Positions 1 through 10,796 are shown, counted from the stretch's first letter. The stretch: DNA of 64,000 nucleotides from Planctomycetota bacterium (GCA_019456145.1 VRUL01000008.1:60438-124437); one strand, 5' to 3'. Notes: a model not told the origin generated them from the sequence alone. Numbers and translations are program-made.

Positions 1-1030
1 TCGAAAGCCACGCGTCGACCTGCAGTACACGCAGCCAGCCGCGGGCACGCTTTATCCATTGCGCAGTGCCTTCCCGGGGGCCGGTGAACTTCGCGTAGCC
101 CTTTTCCAGGCACCAGTAGGGATACATAATCAATTCTGCGGCACCGACGCCAATTATGCCGAACGCCGCCAGCGCCGTGGCGATTGGGTTGATGTCGGTT
201 CTTTCGGCGGCAGGGGGCAGGCGAAAACTCAGACCGTTCACGAGATCGCCGCCGGTTACCGCCCATTCGGGTTTTGTCTGCAATAGGACCAGTGTTATTA
301 TTGTCACGATCGTGAATATCACGACTAATACAGTTGCAACAAACTGGATAAGACTGTACCGACTAATGAACAGCAGCACAGAAGTTATTATTGCCAGGAT
401 CGCGGCCCAGAGATATGCGTCTGTGGGCTCTCTAAGCTCTGCTGTTTCAGAGGCCAACGAAGTGATTTTCTGCTGCAGTTGTACCGTCGACGTGCTCTGG
501 GTGCCCTGGGCCTGAGCTACCTTTAACTCTATTCTGGCATTGACTAATTCGTTCTGCAGGTGATTGTACTCTCTGCCATAGCTTGTTAGCGGCCGGCTGA
601 TTGCCAGTGTCTGTCCGACACCGCCGATGATACCACCCTGTTGGGAGATCACTAAAACGGTCATAATCGCCCAGTACCATAGCAGCAAGTTTACTTTCAG
701 TCTCGGCCCGGGGATGCTGTCCAGAGCCTTCAAAGGCGTTTGGCTCCAGGTGATAGTGTATCTGCCGAACTCTATCTGTGTGGAGACCTTGATTATGCAT
801 CCCAGGATAATGAGCCAGAGCAGCCAGAAACCCGCCTCGGCGCCGGCTTTTGTTGTGGCAATCAATTCACCTGAGCCGACTATCGAGCCGGCGATTATCA
901 TACCCGGACCAAGACGAAGAAGCGTTGCGCCCAGTGTCCGCGGCGCTTCGGTTGTAAACGAATCATCCGCCGCCGGCGATTCCCTGCCGTAACGAACATC
1001 GTCAGCTTTCGATTTACCATTTGTTGGCAT
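1..1030 (-). CDS. NRAMP-family divalent metal cation transporter (3' end runs off the window)
   Basis: Absent from the ORF track because no stop lies in the window. The reverse-strand frame from ATG (1030..1028) is open to base 1: MPTNGKSKADDVRYG...LRLGPGMIIAGSIVGSGELIATTKAGAEAGFWLLWLIILGCIIKVSTQIEFGRYT. This is the GPG...G.GE signature plus hydrophobic helices of Nramp/MntH-like carriers. Track ORFs 156..515(+), 627..992(+) and 447..800(-) are shadows of this frame. Confidence 0.75.
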   Translation of the reverse strand, partial: MPTNGKSKADDVRYGRESPAADDSFTTEAPRTLGATLLRLGPGMIIAGSIVGSGELIATTKAGAEAGFWLLWLIILGCIIKVSTQIEFGRYTITWSQTPLKALDSIPGPRLKVNLLLWYWAIMTVLVISQQGGIIGGVGQTLAISRPLTSYGREYNHLQNELVNARIELKVAQAQGTQSTSTVQLQQKITSLASETAELREPTDAYLWAAILAIITSVLLFISRYSLIQFVATVLVVIFTIVTIITLVLLQTKPEWAVTGGDLVNGLSFRLPPAAERTDINPIATALAAFGIIGVGAAELIMYPYWCLEKGYAKFTGPREGTAQWIKRARGWLRVLQVDAWLS

Positions 1031-1320
1031 GTGGCCGGCCCTGGTAACAATATGCAGACAGGAATATGAATCCCTGCATGGTGAGATTTATAGTCTATGC
1101 TCTGGAGATGAGCAATATTTTTCTCGGTTCAATATGTGTCCCTGTGGATTCGCTCGGTCATAGATAGATTTAGCCACCGGCCGTAGAGTTAACTATTAAT
1201 CCACGGGTGTGTCGTGATGAGAATCCCAAGCGCAAATAGTTGACGCCTCATACCGCATTGGCTACCATAGTCAGGAACCAATGGCTTTCGAGCCGGTTTG
1301 CCCGTATCGGCAAAGAAGAA

Positions 1321-3084
1321 ATGAAATTCGAGAAAATAGAAATAGACCCGCGGAAGAATCCTGCGGTATTGGACACCGCGACCTGGGAACCCAAAAGCGC
1401 CTGTAGAGCGGTCTGGGCCGTGGATGAATCGTACTGGAACCTGGTCGCAAAAGCGGTCAGAGAAGGGCACTCTTTGCCCATAGACGAACGTTGCGTTGTA
1501 TTTGCCGGCTCTTGTGCCGAATATCGAGAAAGCGTGTTCTTCCTCGCAGGCCTTGCTGATGGTCAGCATGTATTTGTTGTCCTTGGAACTCCTTACGGAG
1601 GGCCTGGAGCCGATTGTAAAGATGTCCTCCCGGGTGAGCCGATTGGCAGGCGAACCCTTAAGGACGGGACGTCCCTGGCCGTCTATGGGACAGATTCCGC
1701 TACTATTGACCGTTATGTTTCCCTGATAAGGCCGGACAAAGGTCCCAGGGCGCTCGGCGCCACACCTCGACTGGGTGTTGGATCCAGGATGACTGTTGCG
1801 GCATGGCCCGGGGTGTGGCGGGCTATGGACAAATGCAATTTCTGCGCAAATCCAATTCAAAACTCAGTCCGAGAGGTCAATCTGCTGGATGATTTGTTGG
1901 CCGGGCGGCCGCCACATTTTAATTACTTAGCCAATTTTGGCAGGGTCGAAGAAGGTCATACCGGAAGTACTTTCGAAGGGCTCTGGGTAGCCGGCGTGCT
2001 GGAAGCTCTAAAGGCCGCTTCCTCCCCGCAGTTCGGTGCCGATGCAGACCATATAACTGTGAGGCGCCGAGCCGGCGATATCAATCGTGCCAAACGTGTA
2101 ATTGAAGCCGCTCGTCATTACACGTTTTTCACCCTGGATGTATCCGATCTCCTGGACTACGGCGCGATGGACGTTTGTTCGGACAGTGCATCTCAGGAGT
2201 ATCTTACTAATTGTATTCGTCAGTCTAAGCAGCGAAAGGAGGTCCTGGCCTATCATGCCGGCAAGAAATCCTTCGCAGGCCGGGACTACCGGTTGGACAA
2301 GGGATCTGCAGGCCGCCTCGTAGGCAAGTACTGGAGCGCTTTGGACGCAGTCGAGCAGTTGTCCGGCCATATCAGGACAGTAAGAAATGGGGCCCCTTTT
2401 GACTTCGAGTTGAGCATCGATGAGACACCGTCGGGCATAAACGCGTTTACGGCTCTGACCACGGAGGTTGAGTTGATATTCATAATTCTTGAGATGCAAA
2501 GGCGGCAAATACCGGTGACACATATCGCGCCGAATTTTGGTATAGAAAAGGGAGTGGACTACAGGGGCAGGGATGGTCTTGCCGCTTTGGAGAAGCGCAT
2601 CCGGATGCTTTACGAGATTTCCTGTGAGTTTGGGCTTATGCTGGATTGCCATTCTGGCGACGATCTTAAATCGGCTACTCGGCAGGTTGTAGGCCGCGCC
2701 ACAAAAGGCCAGGTCCATTTCAAGGTATCACCTGCGCTGCAGGTAATCTTCGCCGAGACAATGAGCGACGTTGAGCCGGAGCGGTTCCGTTTTTGGTGGG
2801 ATGATACATTGGACTACGCACGCAGAGAGACGGCGGCAGGTTCCGATTTCGCGGCTGATTGCATTCGTAGATATAAAGCCGGCGGCAGTCCGGAACCTTC
2901 ACCTGACCAGGCGTTTTTCCACTACTACAATTTTGCGTCGGTAGGTAAGCGCCGAGAAAACGGACAGTTCATCCATCGCGAGAAGTTCTATGATTTATCT
3001 GCCGATTTCTATCGTGAATATCAAAGGCGCGTTTGTAGCTATCTGTGCGATGTGGCGGCAGATGTTTTAACCACAGATGAATGA
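1321..3084 (+). CDS. UxaE-like tagaturonate/fructuronate epimerase family protein (TIM barrel) with N-terminal extension
   Basis: Track ORF 1240..3084 starts at TTG. I take the first ATG at 1321 (MKFEKIEID) as the start. The C-terminal two-thirds carries motifs I associate with the UxaE family: QFGADADH, FDFELSIDET, CHSGDD, HFKVS. It is the first gene of a same-strand sugar-acid operon. Confidence 0.6.
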   Translation: MKFEKIEIDPRKNPAVLDTATWEPKSACRAVWAVDESYWNLVAKAVREGHSLPIDERCVVFAGSCAEYRESVFFLAGLADGQHVFVVLGTPYGGPGADCKDVLPGEPIGRRTLKDGTSLAVYGTDSATIDRYVSLIRPDKGPRALGATPRLGVGSRMTVAAWPGVWRAMDKCNFCANPIQNSVREVNLLDDLLAGRPPHFNYLANFGRVEEGHTGSTFEGLWVAGVLEALKAASSPQFGADADHITVRRRAGDINRAKRVIEAARHYTFFTLDVSDLLDYGAMDVCSDSASQEYLTNCIRQSKQRKEVLAYHAGKKSFAGRDYRLDKGSAGRLVGKYWSALDAVEQLSGHIRTVRNGAPFDFELSIDETPSGINAFTALTTEVELIFIILEMQRRQIPVTHIAPNFGIEKGVDYRGRDGLAALEKRIRMLYEISCEFGLMLDCHSGDDLKSATRQVVGRATKGQVHFKVSPALQVIFAETMSDVEPERFRFWWDDTLDYARRETAAGSDFAADCIRRYKAGGSPEPSPDQAFFHYYNFASVGKRRENGQFIHREKFYDLSADFYREYQRRVCSYLCDVAADVLTTDE

Positions 3085-3144
3085 TGTTTTGAGAAATGAA
3101 ATTGTTTTTTGTATGATATAGTCGGCAAATAGGGACAAGGTGTT

Positions 3145-3966
3145 ATGGAACAGCAATTGGGTGGAAAAACAGCGATCGTTACCGGTGCCGGCCGGGGAAT
3201 CGGCAAAGCTGTGGCATTACGACTGGCAGACGAAGGAGCCAATGTGGTCGTAGCGGACATCAACGCACAGACTGCGAACCAGACGGCCGAGGAAATCCGA
3301 ACACGCGGTCACAACGCATCGGCCTGTCAACTCGATGTTGTAAAGGTAACTGAGATTCAGGCGATGGTTGATAGCGCTGTAGCTCAATTCGACCGAATTG
3401 ACATCCTGGTCAATGCTGCCGGCGTAGCACAAACCGGGCTCTTTTTGGAACTGACTGAAGAACAATGGAACCGTGTTATTGATATCAACTTGAAGGGGAC
3501 AACCTTCTGCGTTCAGGCGGTCGGCCGCCGGATGATAAGGCAACTGCCGGTCAAAGTCACAGAGGCGGGGCGTGCGGAGCGCAGCTACGGGAAAATTGTG
3601 AACTTTTCTTCGATCTCCGGTCGAAGCGGCAGGGCTATGCAGCTTGCGTACGCCGCGAGTAAAGCCGCCGTTATCAGCGTCACCCAATCGGCCGCCTTGG
3701 TTTTTGCACCGTACAATATTAACGTAAATGCCGTCTGTCCCGGTGTCATTCCTACGGCGATGTGGGAACAGATCGACAGGGATCGTGGTCGTATTTCCGG
3801 CCTGGCCGAAGGAGAGTCAATGAAATCATTCATCGAGCGAATTCCATTGAAAAGGGCCGGCACGGTAGAGGATGTGGCCGGCGTCACGGCCTTTTTATGT
3901 TTGCCGGATTCCGACTATATGACCGGGCAGGTACTGAATGTGGATGGTGGATTCGAGATGTATTGA
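3145..3966 (+). CDS. Short-chain dehydrogenase/reductase (SDR, FabG-like)
   Basis: Has the TGAGRGIGKA Rossmann motif, NAAG, and a Ser...YAASKAA catalytic triad. 273 aa. Sits 60 nt after the upstream gene. Confidence 0.9.
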   Translation: MEQQLGGKTAIVTGAGRGIGKAVALRLADEGANVVVADINAQTANQTAEEIRTRGHNASACQLDVVKVTEIQAMVDSAVAQFDRIDILVNAAGVAQTGLFLELTEEQWNRVIDINLKGTTFCVQAVGRRMIRQLPVKVTEAGRAERSYGKIVNFSSISGRSGRAMQLAYAASKAAVISVTQSAALVFAPYNINVNAVCPGVIPTAMWEQIDRDRGRISGLAEGESMKSFIERIPLKRAGTVEDVAGVTAFLCLPDSDYMTGQVLNVDGGFEMY

Positions 3967-4048
3967 CGGAGTATCTGATGAGACGGCATCAATGTAATGA
4001 ATATCTTTGTCGTTAGGAGTGAAAATAAACCGACAGGAGAAACGAAAT

Positions 4049-5314
4049 ATGAATGATTTCCAAAAGGGGCGTGCTTTATTGAGCGAGTTCAAAGGGGACT
4101 CATATTCATTCGGCACGAATGTCCTGGCAAGAGTCGGTGAGGCAGCGGCTGCTGCCGGGAGAAAGGCGGCGTTAATACGCGGCACTTTTAACCGCAGCGA
4201 TGATTATGTGGGGATAATACGCAAATCGCTGGCCGAATCAGGAGTCAGTCTTATCGCGGAAATCAAAGGTGCCAGGCCTAACTGTCCGCGAGAAGATCTG
4301 TTTCGGATTGCCGACAGCCTTAGAGAAACACAGGCCGATGTAGTGATCAGCTTCGGCGGCGGCAGCACAATTGACGCCACAAAGGCCGCTGAAGTCCTTG
4401 GCGTTCTAAACGGCGGGATTGATGCTTTTTTTGGGACGGGACTTGTCACCGAAGAATTACAGGGCAAGTCACTAACACCGCATGTGGCCATTCAGACGGT
4501 GGCAAGTTCGGCCGCCCACTTAACAAAATATTCGAATATTACAGACATTTCAACCGGCCAGAAGAAGCTGATTGTAGATGATGCGATTGTGCCTCCTTAT
4601 CCGGTATTCGACTACGAAGTGACATATAGTACACCACCGGCCCTGACCGCGGACGGGGCGCTCGACGGTATCTCGCACTCACTTGAGGTACTCTACGGTG
4701 CTGTTGGCAAGCCTTACTACGAAAAGGTCGAAGAAGTCGCCGGCGTCTGTATTGCTCTGGCGGTCAATTACCTGCCGCGCGCAATCGAAAATCCAAAGGA
4801 CAAAGAGGCAAGAGAAGCGATCTGCCTGGCCACGGACCTTGGCGGATATTCCATTATGATAGGCGGAACAAATGGAGGCCACCTGACCAGTTTCTCCTTA
4901 GTGGATATACTGCCCCATGGTCGGGCCTGTGCTATCATGAACCCGTACTACACCGTCTTTTTTGCCCCGGCCATTGAACGGCCTCTGCGTGTTGTCGGCA
5001 GGATTTATCTAAAGGCCGGATTGATCGAAGCAGATATTGAATCCCTGAAAGCAAGAGACCTTGGAATCGCCGTAGCCGAGGGAATGTTTGAGCTGGCCCG
5101 AAGGATCGGTGTCCCCACCCGCCTGAGCGAAGTGGAGGGATTTGGCTCCGGGCATATTGACCGTGCCCTGGCAGCGGCCAGGAATCCGCAGCTTAAGATG
5201 AAGCTCCGGAATATGCCTGTACCGCTCACCACCGAGATGATAGACGACTATATGGGGCCGATATTGGAGGCGGCACGAGACGGAGACCTTACACTAATCA
5301 GGAATGTGAAATAG
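4049..5314 (+). CDS. Iron-containing (group III) alcohol dehydrogenase
   Basis: ATG at 4049 is preceded by AGGAGA (4035-4040); the track start 4007 is a TTG. Has the GGGSTIDATKAA motif typical of Fe-ADH and conserved His-containing segments (GISHSLE, NGGHLTS). Confidence 0.85.
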   Translation: MNDFQKGRALLSEFKGDSYSFGTNVLARVGEAAAAAGRKAALIRGTFNRSDDYVGIIRKSLAESGVSLIAEIKGARPNCPREDLFRIADSLRETQADVVISFGGGSTIDATKAAEVLGVLNGGIDAFFGTGLVTEELQGKSLTPHVAIQTVASSAAHLTKYSNITDISTGQKKLIVDDAIVPPYPVFDYEVTYSTPPALTADGALDGISHSLEVLYGAVGKPYYEKVEEVAGVCIALAVNYLPRAIENPKDKEAREAICLATDLGGYSIMIGGTNGGHLTSFSLVDILPHGRACAIMNPYYTVFFAPAIERPLRVVGRIYLKAGLIEADIESLKARDLGIAVAEGMFELARRIGVPTRLSEVEGFGSGHIDRALAAARNPQLKMKLRNMPVPLTTEMIDDYMGPILEAARDGDLTLIRNVK

Positions 5315-5400
5315 ACATCTATTGAGAATATCGGGCGGGGAGAAGTGTCTGATAATTTGCGCATAGAAATACTGGCAAAAATGCCCGTGGTTGTTAGACT

Positions 5401-7416
5401 ATGCGTATGGACAAGTCATATGACCCAAAGAAACCGCTCATAGCAATTGATGATATCCTCAATAGCACAGACCAGGGCATCTATGACATTATTACAAAAG
5501 CTCAGGGGCCTCAGGGTTCTCTGCCCCTGAGTGAGGATGTTTTGGCTGGAAATCCAAGTGGAGATATTTTTGGAATGAGCCAGAGTGTCGGCATGGGATG
5601 GGAACCGGCTAAATTGACAGAGCGGCAGTTTCTTTTGATAAGCACTCAGGGAGGAATTCGTGCAGGCGACGGCAGGCCGATTGCTCTGGGCTATCACGCC
5701 GGGCACTGGGAGCTTGGCTTGCTAATGAAGGCCGCAGCAGAAGAACTACAACGGTTTGGCTGCATGCCATTTGCGGCTTTTTGTTCCGACCCATGCGATG
5801 GGCGTACGCAGGGCACGCCGGGAATGATGGATAGTCTTGCCTATCGCAACGATGCTGCAATCGTATTTCGGCGGCTGATTCGCAGTCTGCCAACCCGCAA
5901 AGGAACATTGGGAATCGCAACATGCGACAAAGGGCTGCCCGCTATGATGATGGCATTGGCCGGGACCCGGGACTTGCCATCGGTGCTCGTACCCGGCGGC
6001 GTTACGCTTCCACCTGCCGAAGGCGAGGACCTGGGTAAGATACAGTCTATCGGGGCGCGTTTCGTCCATGGCGAAGTGACCCTGGAATATGCTCGGCAGA
6101 TGACTTGTCGAACCTGTGCGAGCCCGGGTGGTGGGTGTCAGTTCCTGGGGACAGCGGCAACGTCTCAGGTCGTCGCTGAGGCTTTGGGTATGACTCTGCC
6201 GCACTCTGCCCTTGCTCCTTCGGGTAAAGCTATCTGGCTGGATATGGCACGTCGTTCCGCTAAAGCACTCGTTGCTTTGTACCAACGAGGCCTGGCTCTA
6301 AAAGATATTTTGTCTGACGCTTCGGTGCGTAATGCTATGGTAGTATTTGTGGCTTTCGGTGGTTCAACGAATTTGTTATTGCACATTCCTGCAATCGCAC
6401 ATGCCACAGGTTTAAAGCGTCCGGCTCTGGATGACTGGAAAAGGATCACTAAAGAAACACCGCGCCTTGTTGACGTACTGCCTAACGGACCCATCGGTCA
6501 TCCAACTATTAGAGTATTCCTGGCCGGTGGCGTTCCGGAAGTTATGCTGCATTTGAGACGACTTGGTCTGCTGGATTTAGATGTCCTGACAGTAACCGGC
6601 CGGAGCCTGGGTAACTCGCTCGACTGGTGGGAAGCATCGCAGCGCCGGCAGAGGCTGCGAGAATTGCTGCGGGAAACCGATGGTGTGGATCCCGACGATG
6701 TGATTATGAATCCTGCTCAGGCGAGGCAGTGCCATTTGAGAGGTACTATCACCCTGCCTAAGGGCAATCTTGCGCCGGCTGGCTCGGTTATAAAGAGCAC
6801 GGCCATAGACACAACTCTGTTAGACTCTGATGGTGTGTATCGTAAGACCGGCCCTGCTCGCGTATTTATCGGTGAAAGCAGCGCCTTTAGGGCCATAAAA
6901 GAAGGTGTCATTAACCGCGGAGATGTCATCGTGCTTATTTGCGCCGGGCCGATGGGAAGTGGTATGGAGGAGATATTGGAAGTAACCGGGGCACTTAAGC
7001 ATCTTTCATGGGGAAAGGACGTTGCTGTTATTACGGACGGCCGGTTCAGTGGTGTCAGCACCGGTGCGTGCATCGGCCATGTAGCACCCGAAGCCCTGGC
7101 GTCAGGGGCGATTGGTAAAGTGTTGGACGGAGACATTATTCGGATTGTTATCGATTGTAATACTATGGAGGGAAGTGTTGATTTGATTGGGGATGCCGAC
7201 TCCCCGCCGGACAACAGAAGCGTTGAACTCGGCACACGAATATTGGCCGGGCGTAAGTCACGAACTGACCTGGCTCCGAATCCCAAACTACCGGAAGATA
7301 CACGTTTGTGGGCCGCTATGCAGGAAACCGGTGGAGGCACCTGGGGCGGTTGCGTCTTTGATGTAGATGCCATTGTCAAGATGTTGACCGCAGGAAAGCA
7401 AACTATGCAGAAGTAA
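5401..7416 (+). CDS. IlvD/Edd-family sugar-acid dehydratase, YjhG/YagF (xylonate/pentonate dehydratase)-like
   Basis: 671 aa and colinear with what I recall of E. coli YjhG/YagF. Shared segments: [108 protein letters not shown], and C-terminal DTRLWA...[10 protein letters not shown]. Confidence 0.9.
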   Translation: MRMDKSYDPKKPLIAIDDILNSTDQGIYDIITKAQGPQGSLPLSEDVLAGNPSGDIFGMSQSVGMGWEPAKLTERQFLLISTQGGIRAGDGRPIALGYHAGHWELGLLMKAAAEELQRFGCMPFAAFCSDPCDGRTQGTPGMMDSLAYRNDAAIVFRRLIRSLPTRKGTLGIATCDKGLPAMMMALAGTRDLPSVLVPGGVTLPPAEGEDLGKIQSIGARFVHGEVTLEYARQMTCRTCASPGGGCQFLGTAATSQVVAEALGMTLPHSALAPSGKAIWLDMARRSAKALVALYQRGLALKDILSDASVRNAMVVFVAFGGSTNLLLHIPAIAHATGLKRPALDDWKRITKETPRLVDVLPNGPIGHPTIRVFLAGGVPEVMLHLRRLGLLDLDVLTVTGRSLGNSLDWWEASQRRQRLRELLRETDGVDPDDVIMNPAQARQCHLRGTITLPKGNLAPAGSVIKSTAIDTTLLDSDGVYRKTGPARVFIGESSAFRAIKEGVINRGDVIVLICAGPMGSGMEEILEVTGALKHLSWGKDVAVITDGRFSGVSTGACIGHVAPEALASGAIGKVLDGDIIRIVIDCNTMEGSVDLIGDADSPPDNRSVELGTRILAGRKSRTDLAPNPKLPEDTRLWAAMQETGGGTWGGCVFDVDAIVKMLTAGKQTMQK

Positions 7417-7464
7417 GAAGATTTAATTAGCCTATAGCACTTCTGTGTTCAAAAGGACATAACT

Positions 7465-8367
7465 ATGAGACAAAACGCCGAAAAGCTTTCGGGGATTTTT
7501 GCTCCTGTGGTAACGCCTTTTCGCTCTGACGAGCTTTCGTTGGATGATTTAAGGTCCAACCTGCGAAGACTGAAAGAAACGGACCTTACAGGCTATCTGG
7601 CACTTGGCTCCAATGGAGAATTCAGATCTCTTAGCGACAAAGAGCAGGTTCAGGTGCTGGAGGTTTTCGCCGAAGAAAAGGGCGGCAAAGTCGTATTGGT
7701 GGGGACCGGCTGTGAATCGACCACCCAGACAATTGCCAAGTCCAGCCTTGCCTGCCAGATGGATTTTGACTACGTTAGCATTCTGACTCCCAGCTATTTC
7801 GCAAAGAGAATTGATGGGACAGTGCTGAAAAGCTTCTACCAGCGAATCGCCGATTCAATTGATATCCCCGTGCTGCTCTACAATGCACCCGGCTTTACCG
7901 GTGGTGTTGAAATACCTGTTCAGACCGTCCTGGAACTGTCGCGGCATTCCAATATTGTCGGAATGAAAGACTCCTCGCCGACTGGCCCTGCCGAATTCCT
8001 GTCCAGCCTTGATCCGACAGAGGATTTTCACGTGCTTGCCGGCTCTGCGAATTTCTTCTATCCGGCGCTGCAGGCAGGAGCCAAAGGCGCCGTCTTGTCG
8101 CTGGCGAATGTTGTACCGGAAGTATGTTGTCAGTTATATCGATTGTTTTTAGAGGGCAAACACGATGATGCCGAACAACTGCTGCCCGGACTGGTTCGTC
8201 TGAATCGAGCTGTCTCAAGTAAATGGGGCGTTGCGGGCGTTAAGGCAGCTATGGAGATAGTCGGATTCAGAGCAGGACAGCCCAGGCATCCATTGCAGGG
8301 GATATCGTACAAAACAAAAGAGGATATCAAAGAGACAATGGTGACCGAAGGATTCTTATCCGCCTGA
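7465..8367 (+). CDS. DapA/NAL-family class I aldolase, likely 2-keto-3-deoxy-sugar-acid aldolase (YjhH/YagE-like)
   Basis: Has GIFAPVVTPF, ALGSNGEF and the Schiff-base lysine context VGMKDSS. 300 aa. Lies directly downstream of the YjhG-like dehydratase, as in the E. coli yjhH-yjhG arrangement. Confidence 0.85.
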   Translation: MRQNAEKLSGIFAPVVTPFRSDELSLDDLRSNLRRLKETDLTGYLALGSNGEFRSLSDKEQVQVLEVFAEEKGGKVVLVGTGCESTTQTIAKSSLACQMDFDYVSILTPSYFAKRIDGTVLKSFYQRIADSIDIPVLLYNAPGFTGGVEIPVQTVLELSRHSNIVGMKDSSPTGPAEFLSSLDPTEDFHVLAGSANFFYPALQAGAKGAVLSLANVVPEVCCQLYRLFLEGKHDDAEQLLPGLVRLNRAVSSKWGVAGVKAAMEIVGFRAGQPRHPLQGISYKTKEDIKETMVTEGFLSA

Positions 8368-8423
8368 GGTAAAATGAAAATTTGGCAGCAAGATGTCACT
8401 TAGTATTTGCTTAAGTCGCTATC

Positions 8424-9803
8424 ATGGCACAAATAAAAACTGCGAAAACAGATAAGACATGGTCGGTTTTGGGCGTTGATATTGGAACCACCAGCCTGAA
8501 GATGGGTGTATTCCAAGTTGCTGATGATGCGCTAAATCTTGTTCGAGAATCCCGGCAGGAATATCAGGTCAATATCTACAACGACGGGCTGTTCGGCGAT
8601 ATCGAGCAGGACAAATGGAAGAAGGCCTTTGTTGCCGGATGCCAGGCAATGGAAGACGTTGTAGGCCAGGTGGATATCGTATCTCTTTCCGGGACGACCC
8701 CGGGCCTGACAGTTATGGATACAGATGGGCAGGCACTTTACCCGGCCATCTTAATGCTTGACCAACGTTCTCGCAAACAGGCCAAATCGATCATCGAAAC
8801 AATCGGAATGGAACACCTCCTGGCGACAACGGCAAACATGCCGGTCACAGGCGGTTGCTCGCTGGCAGGCATTCTATGGATAAAGGAAAACTATCCCGAT
8901 ATTTTCAAAAAGGCCCACAAATTCGGCCACTCCAACACGTACTTCGCCCACTGGCTGACCGGTGCATTTGCCATTGATCCTTCCTCTGCGTCACTGACTG
9001 CCCTTTATAACACGGTTCGCAACGATCTCACCTGGAATCAAGACATCGCAGGGGCTTTTGGCATATCGCTGGACAGACTGCCGAAAATCATACGGGCCTC
9101 TGACAGTGTTGGTCCAATGCGTAAACAGATTGCACAGGAACTGGGCTTCACGAAGAACCCCCAGGTCTTGATAGGCGGTAATGACGCTGTGCTGGCTGCT
9201 TACTCGGTTGGGATAAACCAGCCGGGTGAAATCATCAACGTTAACGGTACATGCGAAGTAACTCTTGTCTGCCTCGAAAAATGTGTGCCGTCTACCAACT
9301 ACAACATACGGGCGCATGTGTTGCCCGATAGATGGCTTACCCTGCACGTGATGAATGCCGGCGGAAAGGCACTGGAGTGGTTCAGGTGTTTGTTCTGCAG
9401 CGAACTAAGCGCCGACCGTTTCTATAACCAATTCCTTCCGGAGGCGATTGGCGCCTGGCTTGACCGTGAAAGCGACGTTACTTATGTGCCGTATCTTATG
9501 GGTTCCCGCTACAGTCAGGAACCGCTCAAAGCTCAATTATTAGGATTAACTCAACAGACCGAACGCCAGGAAATATTGGCAGCGATTGTCAGGGGGCTGT
9601 GCGAATATCAGAAAGCGCATTTGACGGAGATTGCCAAAGAAGTCTGTTTGCAAAACGTAATCCATGCGACCGGCCGAGCCCTGAATGATACTTTGCTCAA
9701 AGCCCGGAAAAAATGGATGCGCGACTGTCAATACGTGCACGAGCAGCAGTCATCTATGAAGGGAGCAGCCATGCTTGGGCCCAAATACATTGAGAGTCTG
9801 TAG
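8424..9803 (+). CDS. FGGY-family carbohydrate kinase (substrate unknown)
   Basis: Has N-terminal LGVDIGTTSLK (actin-like ATPase phosphate-1 motif) and GGNDAVLAA in the C-terminal half. 459 aa. Confidence 0.85.
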   Translation: MAQIKTAKTDKTWSVLGVDIGTTSLKMGVFQVADDALNLVRESRQEYQVNIYNDGLFGDIEQDKWKKAFVAGCQAMEDVVGQVDIVSLSGTTPGLTVMDTDGQALYPAILMLDQRSRKQAKSIIETIGMEHLLATTANMPVTGGCSLAGILWIKENYPDIFKKAHKFGHSNTYFAHWLTGAFAIDPSSASLTALYNTVRNDLTWNQDIAGAFGISLDRLPKIIRASDSVGPMRKQIAQELGFTKNPQVLIGGNDAVLAAYSVGINQPGEIINVNGTCEVTLVCLEKCVPSTNYNIRAHVLPDRWLTLHVMNAGGKALEWFRCLFCSELSADRFYNQFLPEAIGAWLDRESDVTYVPYLMGSRYSQEPLKAQLLGLTQQTERQEILAAIVRGLCEYQKAHLTEIAKEVCLQNVIHATGRALNDTLLKARKKWMRDCQYVHEQQSSMKGAAMLGPKYIESL

Positions 9804-9869
9804 TTTATCGAACGCGCGAAGATTGCCGCAGCAGGCGGTTCGTTATGGAAAAGGATAACAGGTGATATA

Positions 9870-10796
9870 ATGGCTAAACCAGCCGATCAGAGAACTGATG
9901 AACAAAAACCATCTCGACAGCAGAGAGCCGATATCGATATGCCCAAAGGCAGGATCAGGAATGTCGAGATTAGCCGGTTGATTTGCGGCGGTAATCTTAT
10001 CATCGGCAGTGCCCACGACCGTGACTTGATTTATATTGCTTCGTTAATGAGGAGTTACTTCACCGACCGCAAGATTATGGAGACATGGCAAATATGCCAG
10101 GACTGTGGTATCAACACAATGATAGGCCCTGTCAACAGCCCCTACGCGGCCGGCGAGGACCCGACAATTAGAGTGTACAACCGTTATCGAAATGAATTGG
10201 GAGGACAGATTCAGTGGATCGCCCAGACTTATCCCAAGACCGATGACCTTACCGGCTCGATTCAAACAGCGATTGATAACGGTGCCGTCGGCGCCTTCGT
10301 ACATGGTGGCATAGGGGACCTTTGGGTCAGGAACAACAGAGTGGACCTTTTGGCCAAAGCCGTGGAATTCATCAAAAGAAACGGGCTGATTGCCGGTTGT
10401 GCATGCCATTCTCTTGAAGTACCAATGGCCCTGGAAGCCCAAGGCGTCGAGGTGGACTTCTATATGAAGACACTGCACAGCAGCGACTATTGGTCTGCCA
10501 CTCCAAAAGCCGAACGTCCCCAGCGCGGACTGCCGCCTCACGACAACATGTGGTGTACCAAACCCGAGGAAACAATCAAGTTCATGAGAAGCGTTAAGAA
10601 GCCATGGATTGCCTTCAAGGTATTAGCTGCCGGGGCCATCCACCCGAAAAAGGGCTTCAGATTTGCGTTTGAAAACGGAGCTGATTTTGCCAACGTGGGT
10701 ATGTTCGACTTTCAGGTTCGTGAAGATGCTATTATCGCGCGCGAGGTCATTGCTGAGATTAAGCGCAAGGGCCGCAGGCGGCGATGGATGGCATAA
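9870..10796 (+). CDS. Hypothetical protein, last gene of the sugar-acid operon
   Basis: 308-aa ORF with an ATG start, on the same strand and 66 nt after the kinase gene. I recognise no motif. It has a basic tail (KRKGRRRRWMA). Composition matches the neighbouring genes. Confidence 0.6.
   Translation: MAKPADQRTDEQKPSRQQRADIDMPKGRIRNVEISRLICGGNLIIGSAHDRDLIYIASLMRSYFTDRKIMETWQICQDCGINTMIGPVNSPYAAGEDPTIRVYNRYRNELGGQIQWIAQTYPKTDDLTGSIQTAIDNGAVGAFVHGGIGDLWVRNNRVDLLAKAVEFIKRNGLIAGCACHSLEVPMALEAQGVEVDFYMKTLHSSDYWSATPKAERPQRGLPPHDNMWCTKPEETIKFMRSVKKPWIAFKVLAAGAIHPKKGFRFAFENGADFANVGMFDFQVREDAIIAREVIAEIKRKGRRRRWMA

Noticed and set aside
156-992. Track ORFs 156..515 (+), 627..992 (+) and 447..800 (-), each of 117-121 aa.
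   Set aside because: All lie inside one uninterrupted reverse-strand frame (1..1030) with clear NRAMP-transporter motifs. They have no motifs of their own and are best explained as shadow ORFs.
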